From the human T2T-CHM13v2.0 reference genome, Homo sapiens, in the NCBI RefSeq assembly GCF_009914755.1, contig NC_060925.1: a DNA stretch of 64,000 bases. One strand, 5' to 3'. Made by a program: the position numbers and the translations under genes. The notes under the pieces are model-generated. The model saw only the letters and a program-made list of their open reading frames with translations, made no database searches and was not told the origin of the DNA. Of this stretch, positions 26,824 through 41,980 are shown piece after piece (position 1 is the stretch's first letter; each line of letters opens with the position of its first letter).

Positions 26824-28889
26824 AAAAGGTATACAGTTTGGGAGAGAGGAAATAAAATTATCTTTGCAGATGACATGACTGTCTTTACAAAATATCCTAC
26901 AGACTGGCAGAAACAAACAAACAAACAAGAAACACCTCTCCTTGAAGGAAATAATAATCAATATAACAAGGTTTCAGTATACAGAGTTAACATACAAAAT
27001 CAGTTGCTTTCCTATACACTGGCAATAGACAATTGAAATTTGAAATTATAATAATAAAATGTCATTTACAGAAGTGATACCCTCCTTCCCCCAACGAACC
27101 CACCAATTCAACAACAACTCACAGACAAATTCTCTTACTGAGAAATCCAAAACTAGTTGAGAGCCTCCTGCACCCAGACACATCAAATCCCACAGGAAAA
27201 TTCAGGACACCCTCATGTCTGAATCCCTACCCACAGCTCAATGCCACATGATTGAAAGGAATCATAGCTCCCAGCTTCTCCCTGGAGAGTAAAAGAGTTG
27301 GACCATGTGTATGACACTCTTCCAACTTCTTCCTCCCCAAAGGATGGGCCTTTCTCTTTCCAGTCTTGGAGCAGTAATGGAACCCAGCATAATCTAGCCA
27401 TCCAGGGGCTGGTAAGAACAAAGACAGAAGTTTGCACTGACAGTTACCATATCCTTTCCCTCAGCTCAACACAGAGCAAGAAAATGAAAAATCCCTGCTT
27501 CCAACATCTTCTTGGGAAGGGAAGAGTTAGTCTGCTTGGCCAATGCCCCAGTGTTTCTGGGAGCTTCCCAAAGGACTTCCTCTGTCTGGCTTGTTTTGGG
27601 GTACTTATGGGACCTGGCATACTCTAGCTGCCTTGGGGCCAATGAGAACAAATATGGTGGTTTGATCTAGCATGCAACTAGATGATGCAGTCCCACCCAC
27701 AAGCTCAGTGTAGGGTGAACAGGTGAAAAACCACAGATCCCAGCTTCTCTCTCTGTGTGTCATGGGAAGAGTTGGAAAGGGCATCAAATGATTCAACTTT
27801 TCTGGGGGCTACTTGAGGAATGGCCCCAATATCACTTCTATTGGAACACTGATTGTACCTAGCATACTCTAGATGGTAGCTGCTAAGAACAAAGAAAACA
27901 GATTGGCAGGTTGGAGAGGCCCCGAGAATCCATGGCTGAGCTGGTTAGTGAGGGTCTTCTCCTTTATAAGTTTAGTCTGTGAAGATTGGGAGAGGTCACT
28001 GTTTTGTCTAATATACCAACCCTACACAAAGAGTCAAGGAAAATAAAAATAACATGGAAATGGATTCCAAACAAAGGAACAAGATAAATCTCCAGAAACA
28101 AAGCCTAATGAAAGAGAAATATTTGATTTACCTAACAGAGAACTCAAAATAACCATTATGAAGATGTTCACCAAAACCAAGAGAACAATGCATGAACATG
28201 AGTATTTCAACAGAGATATAGAAAGTATAAAAAGTACCAAAAAGAATTTGTAGAGCTAAATAATACAATAACAGCTCAAAAATTCACTAAAGCAGTGTGA
28301 CAGCAGACTAAATCAAGCAGAAGAAAAGATAAGCACACTTGAAGACAAGTTATTGTTGTTAGAAATTATTCAGTCAGAAGAGCAAAAAGAAAAACGAATG
28401 ACAAAAATAAAGACAGCTTAAAGGACTTATGGGACACCATCAAGTGGACCAATGTGCACATTATAGGAGTTCTTGGAGGAGAGAGGAGAGAGAGAAAGAA
28501 CCACAAAACATATTCAAAGAAATAATAGCACAAAACTTCCCAAATCTGGGGAAGAAAATGCACATTCTACTCTAGGAAGCCCAGCAGATACCAGATGAAA
28601 TGAACGGAAAGAAACCTACACTGAGATACATTATAATTATATTGTCAAAAGTCAAGGCAAAGGGAGAATTTTCAAAGTAGCAACAGAAAAGTGATTTGTC
28701 ATGTACAAGGGATTTCCCATAAAACTAAAAGTGGATTTTTCAGTAGAAAACCTTGCAGGCCAGAAGGGAGTGGGATGATATATTCAAAGTGCTGAAATTA
28801 AAAAAAAAAAACCTGCCAATGAAAAATACTTGGCATGCCAAAATTCTCCTTCAAAAATAGAGACTTTCCCAGACAAATAAAAGCAGAGA

Positions 28890-29161
28890 GGCTGGGCGCT
28901 GTGGCTCATGCCTGTAATCCCAGCATTTTGGGAGGCCACGGCGGGCGGATCACTTGAGGTCAGGAGTTAAAGACCAGCCTGGCCAATATAGTGAAACCCC
29001 ATCTCTACTAAAGATACAAAAAATTAGCTGGGCATGGTGGCAGGCGCCTATAATCCCAGCTACTTGGGAGGCTGAGGCAGAGATTGCATTGAGCCGAGAT
29101 CATCGTGCCATTGCATTCCAGCCCTGGCAACAGGGCGAGAATCCGTCTAAAAAAAAAAAAA
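28890..29161 (+). mobile_element. AluS with an internal deletion in the right arm
   Basis: Dimeric Alu; 'gaggctgaggcag|agattgca' lacks the GAGAATCGCTTGAACCCGG segment. Confidence 0.9.
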
Positions 29162-29684
29162 GTGGAGAGTTGATCAGCGCCATACTTGTCTTAAAAGGAA
29201 TGCTAATGGAAGCTCTTCAAGTTGCAACAAATGACACAAACGGTAACATGATAGCACAAGAAAGTGAAACTTGGTAATGATAAATATATAGGCAAATTCA
29301 GACTACTGCAAACACTGTAACTGTTGGATGAATCACTTTTAATTATAAAGTTAAAAGACAAAAGATATTGAAAATATCTGTAATTAAATATTATTTAAAG
29401 GGATATGGAATATAGAGAGATGTGAATTTTGACATCTATAACATAGTGTGTGATGGGAAAGAAGTGCAAGTGTAGAGAAATTGAATGTAAGTTGTTATCA
29501 GTTTAATATAGACTATTTTAAATAAATTATAAGATAGACTAATAGATATTTTATGTAAGCCCCATAGTGGCCACAAAGAAATACCTATAGAAGATACAAA
29601 AAAGGAAAAGAGAAAGAAATCAAAGTATATCAGTACAAAATATTCACTGCAACACAAAGGAAGACAGCATGAGAGAGTAAGACA

Positions 29685-29925
29685 TAGGAGATCAAGGTAG
29701 GAGGATTACTTGAGCCCAGGAGCTTGAGATCAGCCTAGACAACATAGCAAGACCCTATCTGTAAAACAATATATTTTTAAAATTAGTTGAGCATGGTGGC
29801 ATATACCTGTAGCCCTAGCTGCTCAGGAGGCTAATGCAGGAGGATTGCTTAAGCCTAGATAACAAAGAGCTATGATTGTGCCAGTGCACTCCAGTCTGGG
29901 TGATCCTGTCTCAATAAAAAATAAA
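29685..29925 (+). mobile_element. AluJ (5'-truncated)
   Basis: AluJ-type text 'ggaggattacttgagcccaggag..caacatagcaagaccc..gagctatgattgtgcca'. Confidence 0.85.
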
Positions 29926-30857
29926 AGACAGAGAAAGAATAAAAAGACAGCTGTCAGAACCACAAGACAAACAGACAACAATGAACAAAATGGCAATAGT
30001 AAATTTTTCTCTATCAATGCTTACTTTACATAGACATGGATTAAATTCCTCAACCAAAAGACAAAGAGCAGTTGAATGAATTAGAAAAATCAGAGTAAAC
30101 TATGTGCTGTCTATAAGAAACTCACTTTAGATTTAAAGACACAGATAGTGAAGGGATGGAAATATATATTCTATGTAAATGGTCACCAAAGGAGAAGTGG
30201 CTATACTTATATCAGACAAAATATATGTAAAGTAAAAATTAGCACAAGATACAAGGAAGAACATTATATAATAATGAAAAGGTCAATTGAACAGGAAGAT
30301 ATAACACTTATATGTACCCAACATCAGAGCATCTAAATATATAAAGCAAAAATCGACACACCTAAAGAAATAATACACAAAAAATACAATAATTATAGGA
30401 GGCTTCTTTACCCCATTTTTAATAGTGGATAAAACAACCAGACATAAAATAACAAACAGCAGACTTGAACAGCACTATAGACCAAATGAGCCTAACATAC
30501 ATATATAAAATATTCATCTCATAGCTGCAGAATATACATTCTTCTCAGGTGTACATGAAACATTCTCTAGGATACATCACATGTCAGGTCACAAAACAAT
30601 TCTTAGTAAAATTAATAGGATTGAAATTATACCAAATATCTTTTTGGAGCACAATGGAATGAAACTAGAAATCAGTAGCAGAAGGAAAACTGGAAAATTC
30701 ACAAATATGTGGAAATTAACACACTCCCGATATCCTAGTATTCTTCGCTTAATGGGTCAAAGAAAAGAATAAGGAAAGAAATTAGAAAATATTGAGGCAA
30801 ATTAAAATAAAAATACAACATACCAAAACTTATGGGATGCAGAAAAAAAAAAAAAGA

Positions 30858-31977
<1,120 letters not shown>

Positions 31978-32029
31978 ATTGGAAATAACAAGGAAAGAAA
32001 TAGGAGAACCTCAGTTCCCAAGGTGGAGA

Positions 32030-32210
32030 TCAGTTGTTGTTAAATATTAGAGTGCGTCAGAATCACCTGAAGGACTTATTGAAACACAGATTGCTGGACC
32101 CTTAGAGTTGAGTGTCTAGGGTAGGACCTAACATTTTGTGTGTCTAACAAGTCTCCAGGTGATAGTTATGGTATTGGCCTAGGGACCACATTTTGGGAAC
32201 TATCGGCCTA
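32030..32210. mobile_element. MER5-type DNA transposon
   Basis: 'cagaatcacctgaaggacttattgaaacacagattgctgg..ctaacaagtctccaggtgat..gggaccacattttg'. Confidence 0.7.
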
Positions 32211-35200
32211 GATTTTCTCCAAAAGTAGGAGGTTAGGTCAACTGCTGAGAATAAGGGAAAGTGGGCCCTTGAACTCTCCTTTCAGCCAAAGGCAGGCATG
32301 TTCTAAACACTGAATCATGTTAAAAGTGAATTTTAATCTGGGGGCAATTCTATGCCAAGCCAACTGATTAGTGGTGGGATTAATTCCTAGGTTTTAGATA
32401 ACAGCACTGCTTTGCAAATGCTCACAGCTTAATGATACCATAGAATTATTATCAGCCTCATTTTCACTTGTGTAGGAAGAGGCACGGAAATAAAGAAGGC
32501 AGGAGTCTTCTTTCAGGTTTCCTTATGGTGGACTCTTTCATAAGAAACAGTTCTGGCTTCTCCTTTGTTGTTCCCTCAAAGAAGATTATAAATATGGTTG
32601 CTTGTCTCCCACCTCCATCTGCCTGAGGGCTGTGCTTTGCTTCTGTAAATGTTTCAGTTGGAACATGTTGATTCTGTTTGAGCATCTATTAACTTAGGTG
32701 TGATGTCTAATGTTCACTGTCTCAACGTTCACCTCCACTGGGGAGAGTGGTGGCGATTTCCCTGCCTCTGTCTAAGGCTGGAAACATTCGTTATTGTGGA
32801 GGGGAAAGTGGTTGGTTCACTGAGGTGGGGGCTCTGAAACACAGGATGTGCTTTATTGCTCCCACAGTCAGTCACAAGTTGACAGTCACATGAGGCTTTC
32901 AATAAAAATATTTTATACTTTTGTGCTGCCTCTCAGCTGCAGATCCTAAAGCCCTGTTTTAAAGATCAAAATACCCATAGATGTGCAAATGCCAGGGATT
33001 CAACAAAAGCTGGTGCATGGATGGGAAACTGATGACACACACATCTGTTCAGCTCTCATCAGGCTTCACCACCCACTGGAATCTTTTGGCTACAGAAACT
33101 GAATTTGTGATTCGTGCTTCAAGTACTGCAGTCAACAACTCAGCAATTCACAAAGTCTCTTCTGTGATTGCCGTCTTAGGTATGTGAGGTAATGGACAAT
33201 GGATATTTAAAATTGTGCCTCAACCCTGCTTTACCTCATCACTTATTCCGGTATCAGCCAAATTTATATTAGAATATGGGAAGTGCAGGTTTTATATAAA
33301 AGGTGCCTAGGATAGATTCTGGCCTATATAGCTCTAATAATTGGTATAATACTTTACAATATAGATGATATTCTCACTGTAACACATTATAGTATACAAC
33401 GTCCATTCTGTCCCCTACTTTATTTAAACTCAACTCCATAAGAACCTTGTGAGATGGGCATTATTCCTTAAGGTAAAAGAAGAACAAACAAAAAATGGCT
33501 GCAACCAAAATGTAATAATTGGTGTGAATAGTTTTATAATAAAAAAGAAAGACTTCACTTTGGATATTTGATGGCTGACACCTTTCAGTTTCCCACCTAT
33601 CTTCCTTTTTCTCCTTAGCCCCACATCCTGAGAAGATAAGAGAACCTGGGCTCTCCTCCACTGGTGCCCATGGGGAAGTTCAAACCACACAAATCCCTGT
33701 CCTCTAGGAATTCTCATTCTAGTCCCAACCCTCTTAACTATGATAAAAACTCTAAACCATCAACACCACCCCCATCTTGACTTGTGTCACCTTAGGTAGA
33801 ATCTGAGCCCTTCACCTTGGGGAATATGTGAGTAGTAAACTTTATTTTATATCTGTAATTCCTATGTTTTATTCATCCTAGCATTCATAAATTTCTGAGG
33901 ATGCTGGATGTTCATATAAATAGGTTTATTAGCTTTAGATAGACTAATGATGCTTTATTCAAATGTGTGGTTATTTCAGATCAAAGAAAAGGAAGCATTG
34001 TGCTTGACACAGGGCTAAGAACTGAAAAATGAACAAAATATGGCCTGTGCCCTTTCCTTAGTAGTTATGGTCTGGTAGAAAAGGCAGACATGTACATTAA
34101 AAAATTATAAAACAGTGTCATATGTAGCATGTACAAGTTATTGTGGGAATGCAGAAGAGAGAGTGGCTGGTTTTTCCTTGGTTTAGCAATATGTGTGTAA
34201 AGTCATAAGAGCATGAAAGAAGATTGTATGTTGAGGAAACTATTTTTAGTTTTATTTGGTTGGAGAGCTGTATTAGTGTGGAGAGATGCAATTTGAAAGG
34301 GCCTTAAAGGCTCTGCTGGTACATTGGATTTTATCCTGAGGGCATTGGTGAGTTTTGAAGGGCTTTAAGAAATGAAATAAAAGAAGAACACTTTTGAAGA
34401 GTTCACTTTGATAGCAGTATGGAAGATAGATGGGAGCCGAGACAGAAAGATACTTGAGAACAATACTACTTTAGTCCAAGTGAGCAATGACAATGGCTAA
34501 ATCAGGACAAAAGCAGTGAGAATGGTTAGAGGAGGACATGTGCCAGACACTGTTCCAGGTGTTGGGATATAAGGTTGAAAGAGGACAGAGAAATTCTGTT
34601 TTTTATGATGTTTTTATTCTAATAAGGGTATAGAAGAGAACCATTAAGATCCATTCTCTTCTCTCCAGCAGTAAGAAAACTCCACAGATGCAGCTGAACA
34701 CATGACTACCCAGAAAATAGACTACTTTTCAGCCTTTGTTGCAGCTTCCTCCAAGTCTAGCTATACTAGGTTCTGGCCAAATCATGCCCTTGAAATGAAG
34801 AGGCATCCTCCTCCTTTCCCTTTTCCCTTTCTACTGGTTGGAATGGGTACACAGTGATGAGATTTCTTGCACCATGTAGCCAAGGTTACCACAGGCCTGA
34901 TAGAACAGCAAGACAAAAGGGCTCTGAATATGTAGCAACTTCATGGACAGCTGTCATACCAGGCTGAACTTTAATGTGAAATAACTAAAATTCTGTCTTG
35001 TTGTTTCTGGGTGTCTCTTCATCACAGAAGCTGAGCCTACCTCATAAGTAATACTGGGGGAGATATACAGTCATAATGGAGATTTACATGAAGAGAATGC
35101 TCAGGTCTTGAACCCCACAAAGGCAGTCATCTAAGTGTATAAATAAGTTATATAAGTATAAGCTGAAGCTGAGTCTCTTAAGCTTAATATATAATTATTC

Positions 35201-35489
35201 AAAATAAGTACTAGTTGTAATTTATATGCAAGGAAAAGCTTTGTAGACTGTCTGAGCTAGTCAGTGAGGGCTCCTCAGACAAGAAAGATCCACTTACGCA
35301 AGGCACTTACACGTGGGAGTGCCAGCCAGTGTGATGAAAGAGAGACTAGAGCTGAATATCTCATCCTATGTCTCATTATTTGAGGAACTTACTAATCCTG
35401 TATTAAGAATTTGGTTAATTATTTGATAAAGGCATGAGTTTGTTCATTGAGCTGCAAGCTGATTACAGTAGTAATTACAATAACTAACA

Positions 35490-36340
35490 AGAAAACTATA
35501 GAATGAGATAAATATAATAAATGAAATAAACAAGGTGATGTGATAGAGTAAATATAAGCTGAGCAAAAGAATGCTGCTTTAGACAAGTTTGCTACGGAAG
35601 TCCTCCAAGAGAGGTGATGTTTGATTGATACACAAATAATAAATGGCAGTTATTGTATAAAAAGTAGGGGGCAGGGTAGGAACTTTATAGGCAGAGGGAC
35701 TACAAATACAAAAGCTCTGAGGTGAGAAAGAGCCTGGTATATCTTCATAGGAGAAAAAAGGCCGGGGTGAATGGAGAATGGAAAGCGCGTGGGGAGAAAG
35801 AAGGAAGTTGAAATTGTAGAGGGAGGGAGCAATTAGATCATCGAACTGCTTGTAGGCTATATTAAGGAATTTTGTTTTATTCTAACAGCAAGGGGAAGCC
35901 ATTGTACAGTTTTAAACAAAAACATGACATTATTTGACTTTAAAAAAATAATGTTTTGGTTATGTATAGAATGAACCATAGAAGCAAAGTGGAAGCAGAG
36001 ATTATTGCAGGAAGGTAATTTGAAACAGGGTGATGCCAGAGGGAATGGGAACAAGTGAAAGGATTTAATTGCTTTTTAGAAACATTGATAGGGCTTACTA
36101 TGAGATGCAGGTAGAGGTCTGAGAAAAGAAGTCTTCAAGAATCAATCATGCTTTTTGCTTGATTTGCTAGGTTGATAGTGGTACCATTTGCTAAAGCTGA
36201 AAACACTCAGGGAAATATTTTTTGGGGTATAAACCAAAAGATCAATTTTGGACAAGTATAAAAGTGTTGATGGCTATAGGAAATTAGGTGTATGAATCTG
36301 GGTTTCAGACGAGAGAGTGAAATTTCAGATGAGAGAGAGA
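35490..36340 (-). mobile_element. L2 fragment (donor of the inverted duplication)
   Basis: Typical antisense L2 text 'aaggaattttgttttattct..gggaagccattg..gatagtggtaccatttgcta'. Confidence 0.65.
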
Positions 36341-37149
36341 ATAAATATAGTATTAATACTTTAATAGCTCATTTTATTTATAAAATATTTCAAATATACT
36401 AAAAGTACAGAAAATAATTTCATAGGCATAATCTCTTGATGTACCCACCATATAGATTTAACAAATGTTGATATTTTGCTTTTTTTTGCTTCAGAACTTT
36501 AAAAAATATAATGTTGCAGATAAAGTTAAAGGATGAGAGCATTCTTAAGGATGATGGGAAGACAGAGGTTTGAATGTTATCTTACTTCTTGTTCACTCCC
36601 AATGCTACCTCTTCTGCCAGCAGACAGGTCCTAGAGGATAGGAATGAAGCCTCAGGTTCTGTCACAGTCTTGCCAAGGAGTGCAGAGGAATTTCTCTTCT
36701 TTGGGAAGAGGAGAGCTTGGGCATCAGCACTGAAGAGCCCCAAGATTAGGATCAGAATGCCTGGATCCTGGGACAGCTTCGCTCTCAGAAACTCATAATC
36801 TCCCACAAATTCACATCTAAAGAAATATACCAAAATTCTTATTTCCGGATTCCTAAAAACTGAGAAGTGACCAAACAGGCAGCTGGACCTTTTCTATCTC
36901 TTGGGTTGGGAGAGCATGACGAGGCCAGAGCAAGAAGATCAGAAAGGTTTCCTTCTGATGCCTTGACGTGGCACCAGCAAGGTGTCCTTTACCAGAGGAA
37001 AAACCAGAAAGGAGAAAACCTTTAAGATATACCTCATGAAATAGAGTTACTGGGGGAGGCAGACAGTGACCCATGACAAAAAACAAAGTCCTTGGGAGAT
37101 TCAAATACAAAACAGAAAAAAACTTTCTGGAACCAAAATAATTTTAAGA

Positions 37150-39950
37150 ATTTGACACAAAAATATGTATACATTGTGAAATAGGTAAATGACAACATGT
37201 GCATTACCTCATATACTTATTTTTTTGTGATGAAACACTTAAAATCTATTCTCTTAGCAGTTTGCAAAAATATAGTATGTTGGTGTTAACTGTTGTCATC
37301 ATGCACAATAGATCTCTTGAACTTATTCCTCCTAGGTGAAGTTTTGTATTCTTTGACCGACATTGCCTCAATCCACAATCTCTCCATTTTCTCTGGCATC
37401 AGCCTTTTCAAATCACCTTCCTGCGATAGTCTCTGCTTCCACTTTGTCCCTACAATTCATTCTACCCATACCCAAAACACTATTTTTCAAAGTCAAATTA
37501 CATCATATTTTTGTCCAAAGCTGTGTAATGGCTTCTTATTGCTGTTAAGATAAAACAAAATTCCGTTCCATAGCCTATTAGCAATTAGGTGGTCTAACTA
37601 CTCCCTGCCTCTACCATCTCAACTTCCTTCTTTCTCTTCCCTTGCTTTTCATTCTCCAGACACACCGACCTCTTCAGTCCCTGCTAAGCATAATTCTACT
37701 CTCCACTTCTGAGTTCAATTTTTTTACACTCCATATATAAGTGAGATCATGTGGCATTTGTCTTTCTATGCCTGGCTTATTTCACGTAACATAATGTCCT
37801 CCATGTCCATCCATGTTGTCACAAATGACAGAAATTCCTTCTTTTTTTTTTAAAGAATAAAGAATATTTCTTTTCATATATATGCCACATTTTCTTTCTC
37901 TGTTCATCCATTGATAGACACTTAGGTTGATTCCTTATCTTGGCTATTGTGAACAGTGCTGCTATTAACATGGTAGTGCAGATATTCAACATAGTTATTT
38001 CATTTCCTTTAGATGTATACCCAGTAGTGAGATTTCTGGGTCATATGGTAGCTCTATTTTTAAGTTTTTGAGAAAACTTTCTACTGTTTTCCACAATGGC
38101 TGAACTAATTTACATTTTCATCTACACTGTAAAAGGGTTTCTTTTTCTCCACATCCTCTTCAACACTTATCTTTCACTTATTTGATAATAGCCATTCTAA
38201 CAGGTGTGAGGTAATATCTCATAGTGGTTTTAATTTGCATTTCTCTGATGATTAGTGATGTTGAACGTTTTTTCATATACCTATTGGGCATTTGTGTTTC
38301 TTCTTTTGAGAAATGTCTATTCAGATCTTTTGTCCATGTTTAAAATTAGTATTGAGTTGTTTGAGTTCCTTATATATTTTGGCTATTAATCCCTTATCAG
38401 CTGTGTGGCTTGCACATATTTTCTCCCATTTTGTAGGTTGTCTCTTTACTCTGTTGATTGTTTGCTTGGCTGTACAGAAGCTTTTCAGTTTGATATAATC
38501 CCAATTGTTTATTTTTGTTTTTGTTGCTCATGCTTTCAGGTTTATACCTAAAAAAAGTATTACCCAGACCAGTGTAATGGAGCTTTTCCCCTATGTTTTC
38601 TTCTGGTAGTTTTTCATTTTCAGATCTTACATTTAACTCTTAAATCAATTTTTAGTTGATTTTTGTTTATGGTATGAGATGAGGGTCTAATTTCATTCTT
38701 TTGAATGTGAATATCTAGTTTTGCCAACATCGTTTATTAACGAATATTCTCATTGTGTATTCTTAGCTCCTTTGTCAAAAATCAATTGACCATTAATGTG
38801 TGGATTTATTTCTGGGCTCTCTGTTCTTTTGGTCTATGTATCTGTTTTTATGACAGCACCATGCTGTTTTGATTATTATTGCTTTGTGGTATATTTTGAA
38901 ATCAGGTAGTGTGGTGCCTTCAGCTTTGTTATTTTTGCTTAAGATTGCTTTAGCTATTCAGGGAATTCTATGGTTCCAAACAAATTTTAGAATTGGTTAT
39001 TTTATTTCTGTGAAAAAATGCCATTGGAATTTTGATAGAAATTACACTGAATTTGTAGATCACTTTGGATAGTATGGACATTTTAACAATATGAATTCTT
39101 CAAAGCCATGAACATAGATTCCCTCTCCATATATCCGAGTCTTCTTCAATTTCAATGTTTTACAGTTTTCAATGTGCAGGTCTTTCACCTCCTTGGTTAA
39201 ATTTATTTCTAAGTAATATTTTTGTAGGTATTGTAAATGGGATTGTTTTCTTGATTTCTTTTGTGGATAATTTGTTGTTAGTATATAGAAATGCTACTGA
39301 TTTATATGTTGATTTTATATACTGAAACTTTACCGAATTTTGTTTAATAGTTCTAATAATTTTTTGTGGAGTCTTTAGGGATTTTTATTTATAAGATCAT
39401 GTCATTTTTACATAGGAACAATTTAACATCTTCTTTTCCAATTTGGATGTCTTTTATTTCTTTCTCTTGCCTAATTGCTCTGGCTAGGATGTCCAGCAGC
39501 ATGTTGAATAGAAGTGGTGAGAGTGGGCATCATTGTCGTGATTCATATCTTAGAGGGAAAGCTTTTGACTTTTCACCTTTGGATATGATGTTAGCTATGG
39601 GTTTGTCATATATGGTCTTTACAGTGTGGGGTACATTACTTCTATACCTAATTTGTTTAGTTGATTTTATTATGGAAGATTTTTGAATTTTGTCAGTTGC
39701 TTTTTCTGTATCGAGAGGATCATATGGTTTTTGATTTTTTTTTTAGATTTGCATATGTTGAATCATCCTTGCATCCCTGGGATAAATCCAACTTGATTAT
39801 GGTGAATGGCCCTTTTAATGTACTGTTGAATTCAGTTTGCTAGTATTTTGTGATGATTTTTGCATCTGTGTTCATCAGGGATATTGGCCTGTAATTTTCT
39901 CTTCTTGTAGTGCCCTGTCTGGCTTTGGTATCAGTTTAATGCTGGTCTGA
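37150..39950 (-). mobile_element. L1MA (L1MA6-8-like) 3' 2.5 kb, with a 291-bp insert in its 3' UTR
   Basis: Antisense L1MA 3' UTR ('gcattacctcatatacttat..cacttaaaatctattctcttagca') and antisense ORF2 text to about 39950. Confidence 0.85.
37384..37674 (+). repeat. Inverted duplicate of 35756-36048
   Basis: Manual alignment to the reverse complement of 35756-36048: about 80% identity over ~290 bp with 2 single-base indels. Confidence 0.9.
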
Positions 39951-41807
39951 AAATATTTATGTAGCTCAAGAGCAAGATTAGATATAGAAATGTGGACTTA
40001 TAAGTTTTGGGGCAGATAAATTGATAGTTGAATGTTTTATAGACAGGGAAATGGAATCCACAAATGAGTTTCTAGAATGAGAAAAGGACAACATTTGAAA
40101 GGAGGGGGAATGCAAAGAGCAAGTTAAGACAATGGAGATGACCAGCCCTGACCATACAAGAACAAGATCAGAGACAGGAAAAAGAAGCAATTAAGCATAC
40201 TGCAGGTAAGTCATGTAAAATAAAGGCAGGAAGTGTAGCTTGGGTCTGGAGATTTGGAGAGCATTTATGACTTCCCATTTCCCCATAGGCCCTATGAATC
40301 TAGTAGTCCTGGTTCTTACATGGGGAGCATTCCTACTAGAGAACATGATAAATATACCACTCAAAGCTATAGCTGCTACCTGGTCACTTTGGGCTCCTTA
40401 TACCAGTAGATGAATAAGCAAAGAAAGAAGTTAACATATTCTCTGGGATAATGTATCCTGATCATCAAGGAAAGTTAAGGCTGCTGCTAAATCATGGAAA
40501 TAGGCAGCACATATATTGCAAGGAGAGTAAAGTTGAGCAAAGGCACTCCTACTTCTGTGCCTTGACTCCCTGCCCATGTGTTCTCCTATTTGGACTGTAG
40601 AACCACATAATGGCTATTGGTTTAAAGTGTATTCCTCATCCTAAAGTATAGGGTTCCATGCTATAGAGTGTCATTTTCCCACTAGCACCTCAGTGGCAAA
40701 TTTGAGTCCATTACATATTTTTCTATTGCTGGCAGCTTCTGGATGGTGTGGTGGTCATAGGATTAGTGCACTCCCTGGCTATTTCCTCTACATCACACAT
40801 CCTTTGCTGTAAAGTGATCTCTTGGCCTGAGTAAATATTTTGTAGATTCCAATTTGGTTGTCATATGCTTTGAGTTTTTGGATAGTGAACTGGCTGAGAC
40901 ACTGTAGGCAGGAAAGGCAAACCCAGACCAAGAATACACGTTAATTCCGGCTACAGTAAACATAACCTTTCCCTGGGTGAAAGGGTCCTTATGGAATCAA
41001 CTTGCCACCGAATGGCAGGTTGGTCTCCTTGAGAGATGGTCTCAACTTTGCTTTCTGTTGCAAGGAGGTCCAACATTCATCAACAGCAGTTACTAAATCA
41101 GCTTTGAAGAGATGGAGCCTATGCCGTTAGGTCCATTCATAGACTCTGTCTCTATCACTGTGGCTACACTGTATGTAAGACCACTTTCTAGGCATTAAGG
41201 TGGTCAAGTATAGAGATTTGCTGACATATCTGGCCCAGTCATCCTTGGGGTTCTGTAGGATTCTTCTGCAGTGGATTCTGTCTGGTAGGCACAAATGTAC
41301 AATAGAACAATCCCTGCACTTTGTGCCCACTCTCATAGGTTCATCCATATGCCTCTTACCCAGACCTTTTCATACCTGGTCTTCCAATCTTGTTTATTTC
41401 AAGGCTGTAACCAGTCAGCTAGGTAAGTCATTAGTCCTTATATCCCAGTTTTATGCCACTTTTCTTCTTTCCCTAACTACTGTTTTTCAGTGCTACTCTG
41501 TGGTACAACAGCAATTCATTTTCATCTTTCACCCACACACTGAGTTGATCCATCCATGTACTAATCTTGGGCTTTTTCTCCCTCATCAACAGGTCACAGG
41601 AAACCCTTCATGAATTCATAGGTGTGAAATAGGGGAGAAGCATTATAACAGTGACAGAAAGCATGCGGGTTTGTGACATATGTTTGTGTATCTTTCTTAT
41701 ACCTTCTTACACCTGCTCAAGTTTGACCCTGGGCACATCCTATCCATGTTATGGTTGATTGCTGCTGGGGTCACCTGATTTTATGATTTGTTGGATCTAT
41801 TGGTATC

Positions 41808-41980
41808 TGTGGTGTGCTAGTAAATGATTACTTCTGAAAAATACTGCCTTGGCTTGTAGCATTTGGTGGCTTCTATGGCATAAATATGTCTACTATGGCT
41901 GATTTCAAGTGCCAAACTGATGTCAGAATGTGGAGTTAGGAAGAGATGTGATGGTATGAACTGTCTCTAGCACATCACTA
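41808..41980. mobile_element. MER63-type hAT DNA transposon
   Basis: TIR-like 'gtggtgtgctag..' / '..tagcacatcact'; internal 'atggctgatttcaag'. Confidence 0.6.

Larger units (their letters stand above)
27075..30855 (+). mobile_element. Old L1M (5' UTR, ORF1, ORF2 endonuclease region), interrupted by two Alus
   Basis: ORF1-like text at about 28030-29250; ORF2 EN remnants 'MKGWKYIFYVNG' and 'IEIIPNIFLEHNGMKLEI..GKFTNMWKL'. Confidence 0.8.
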
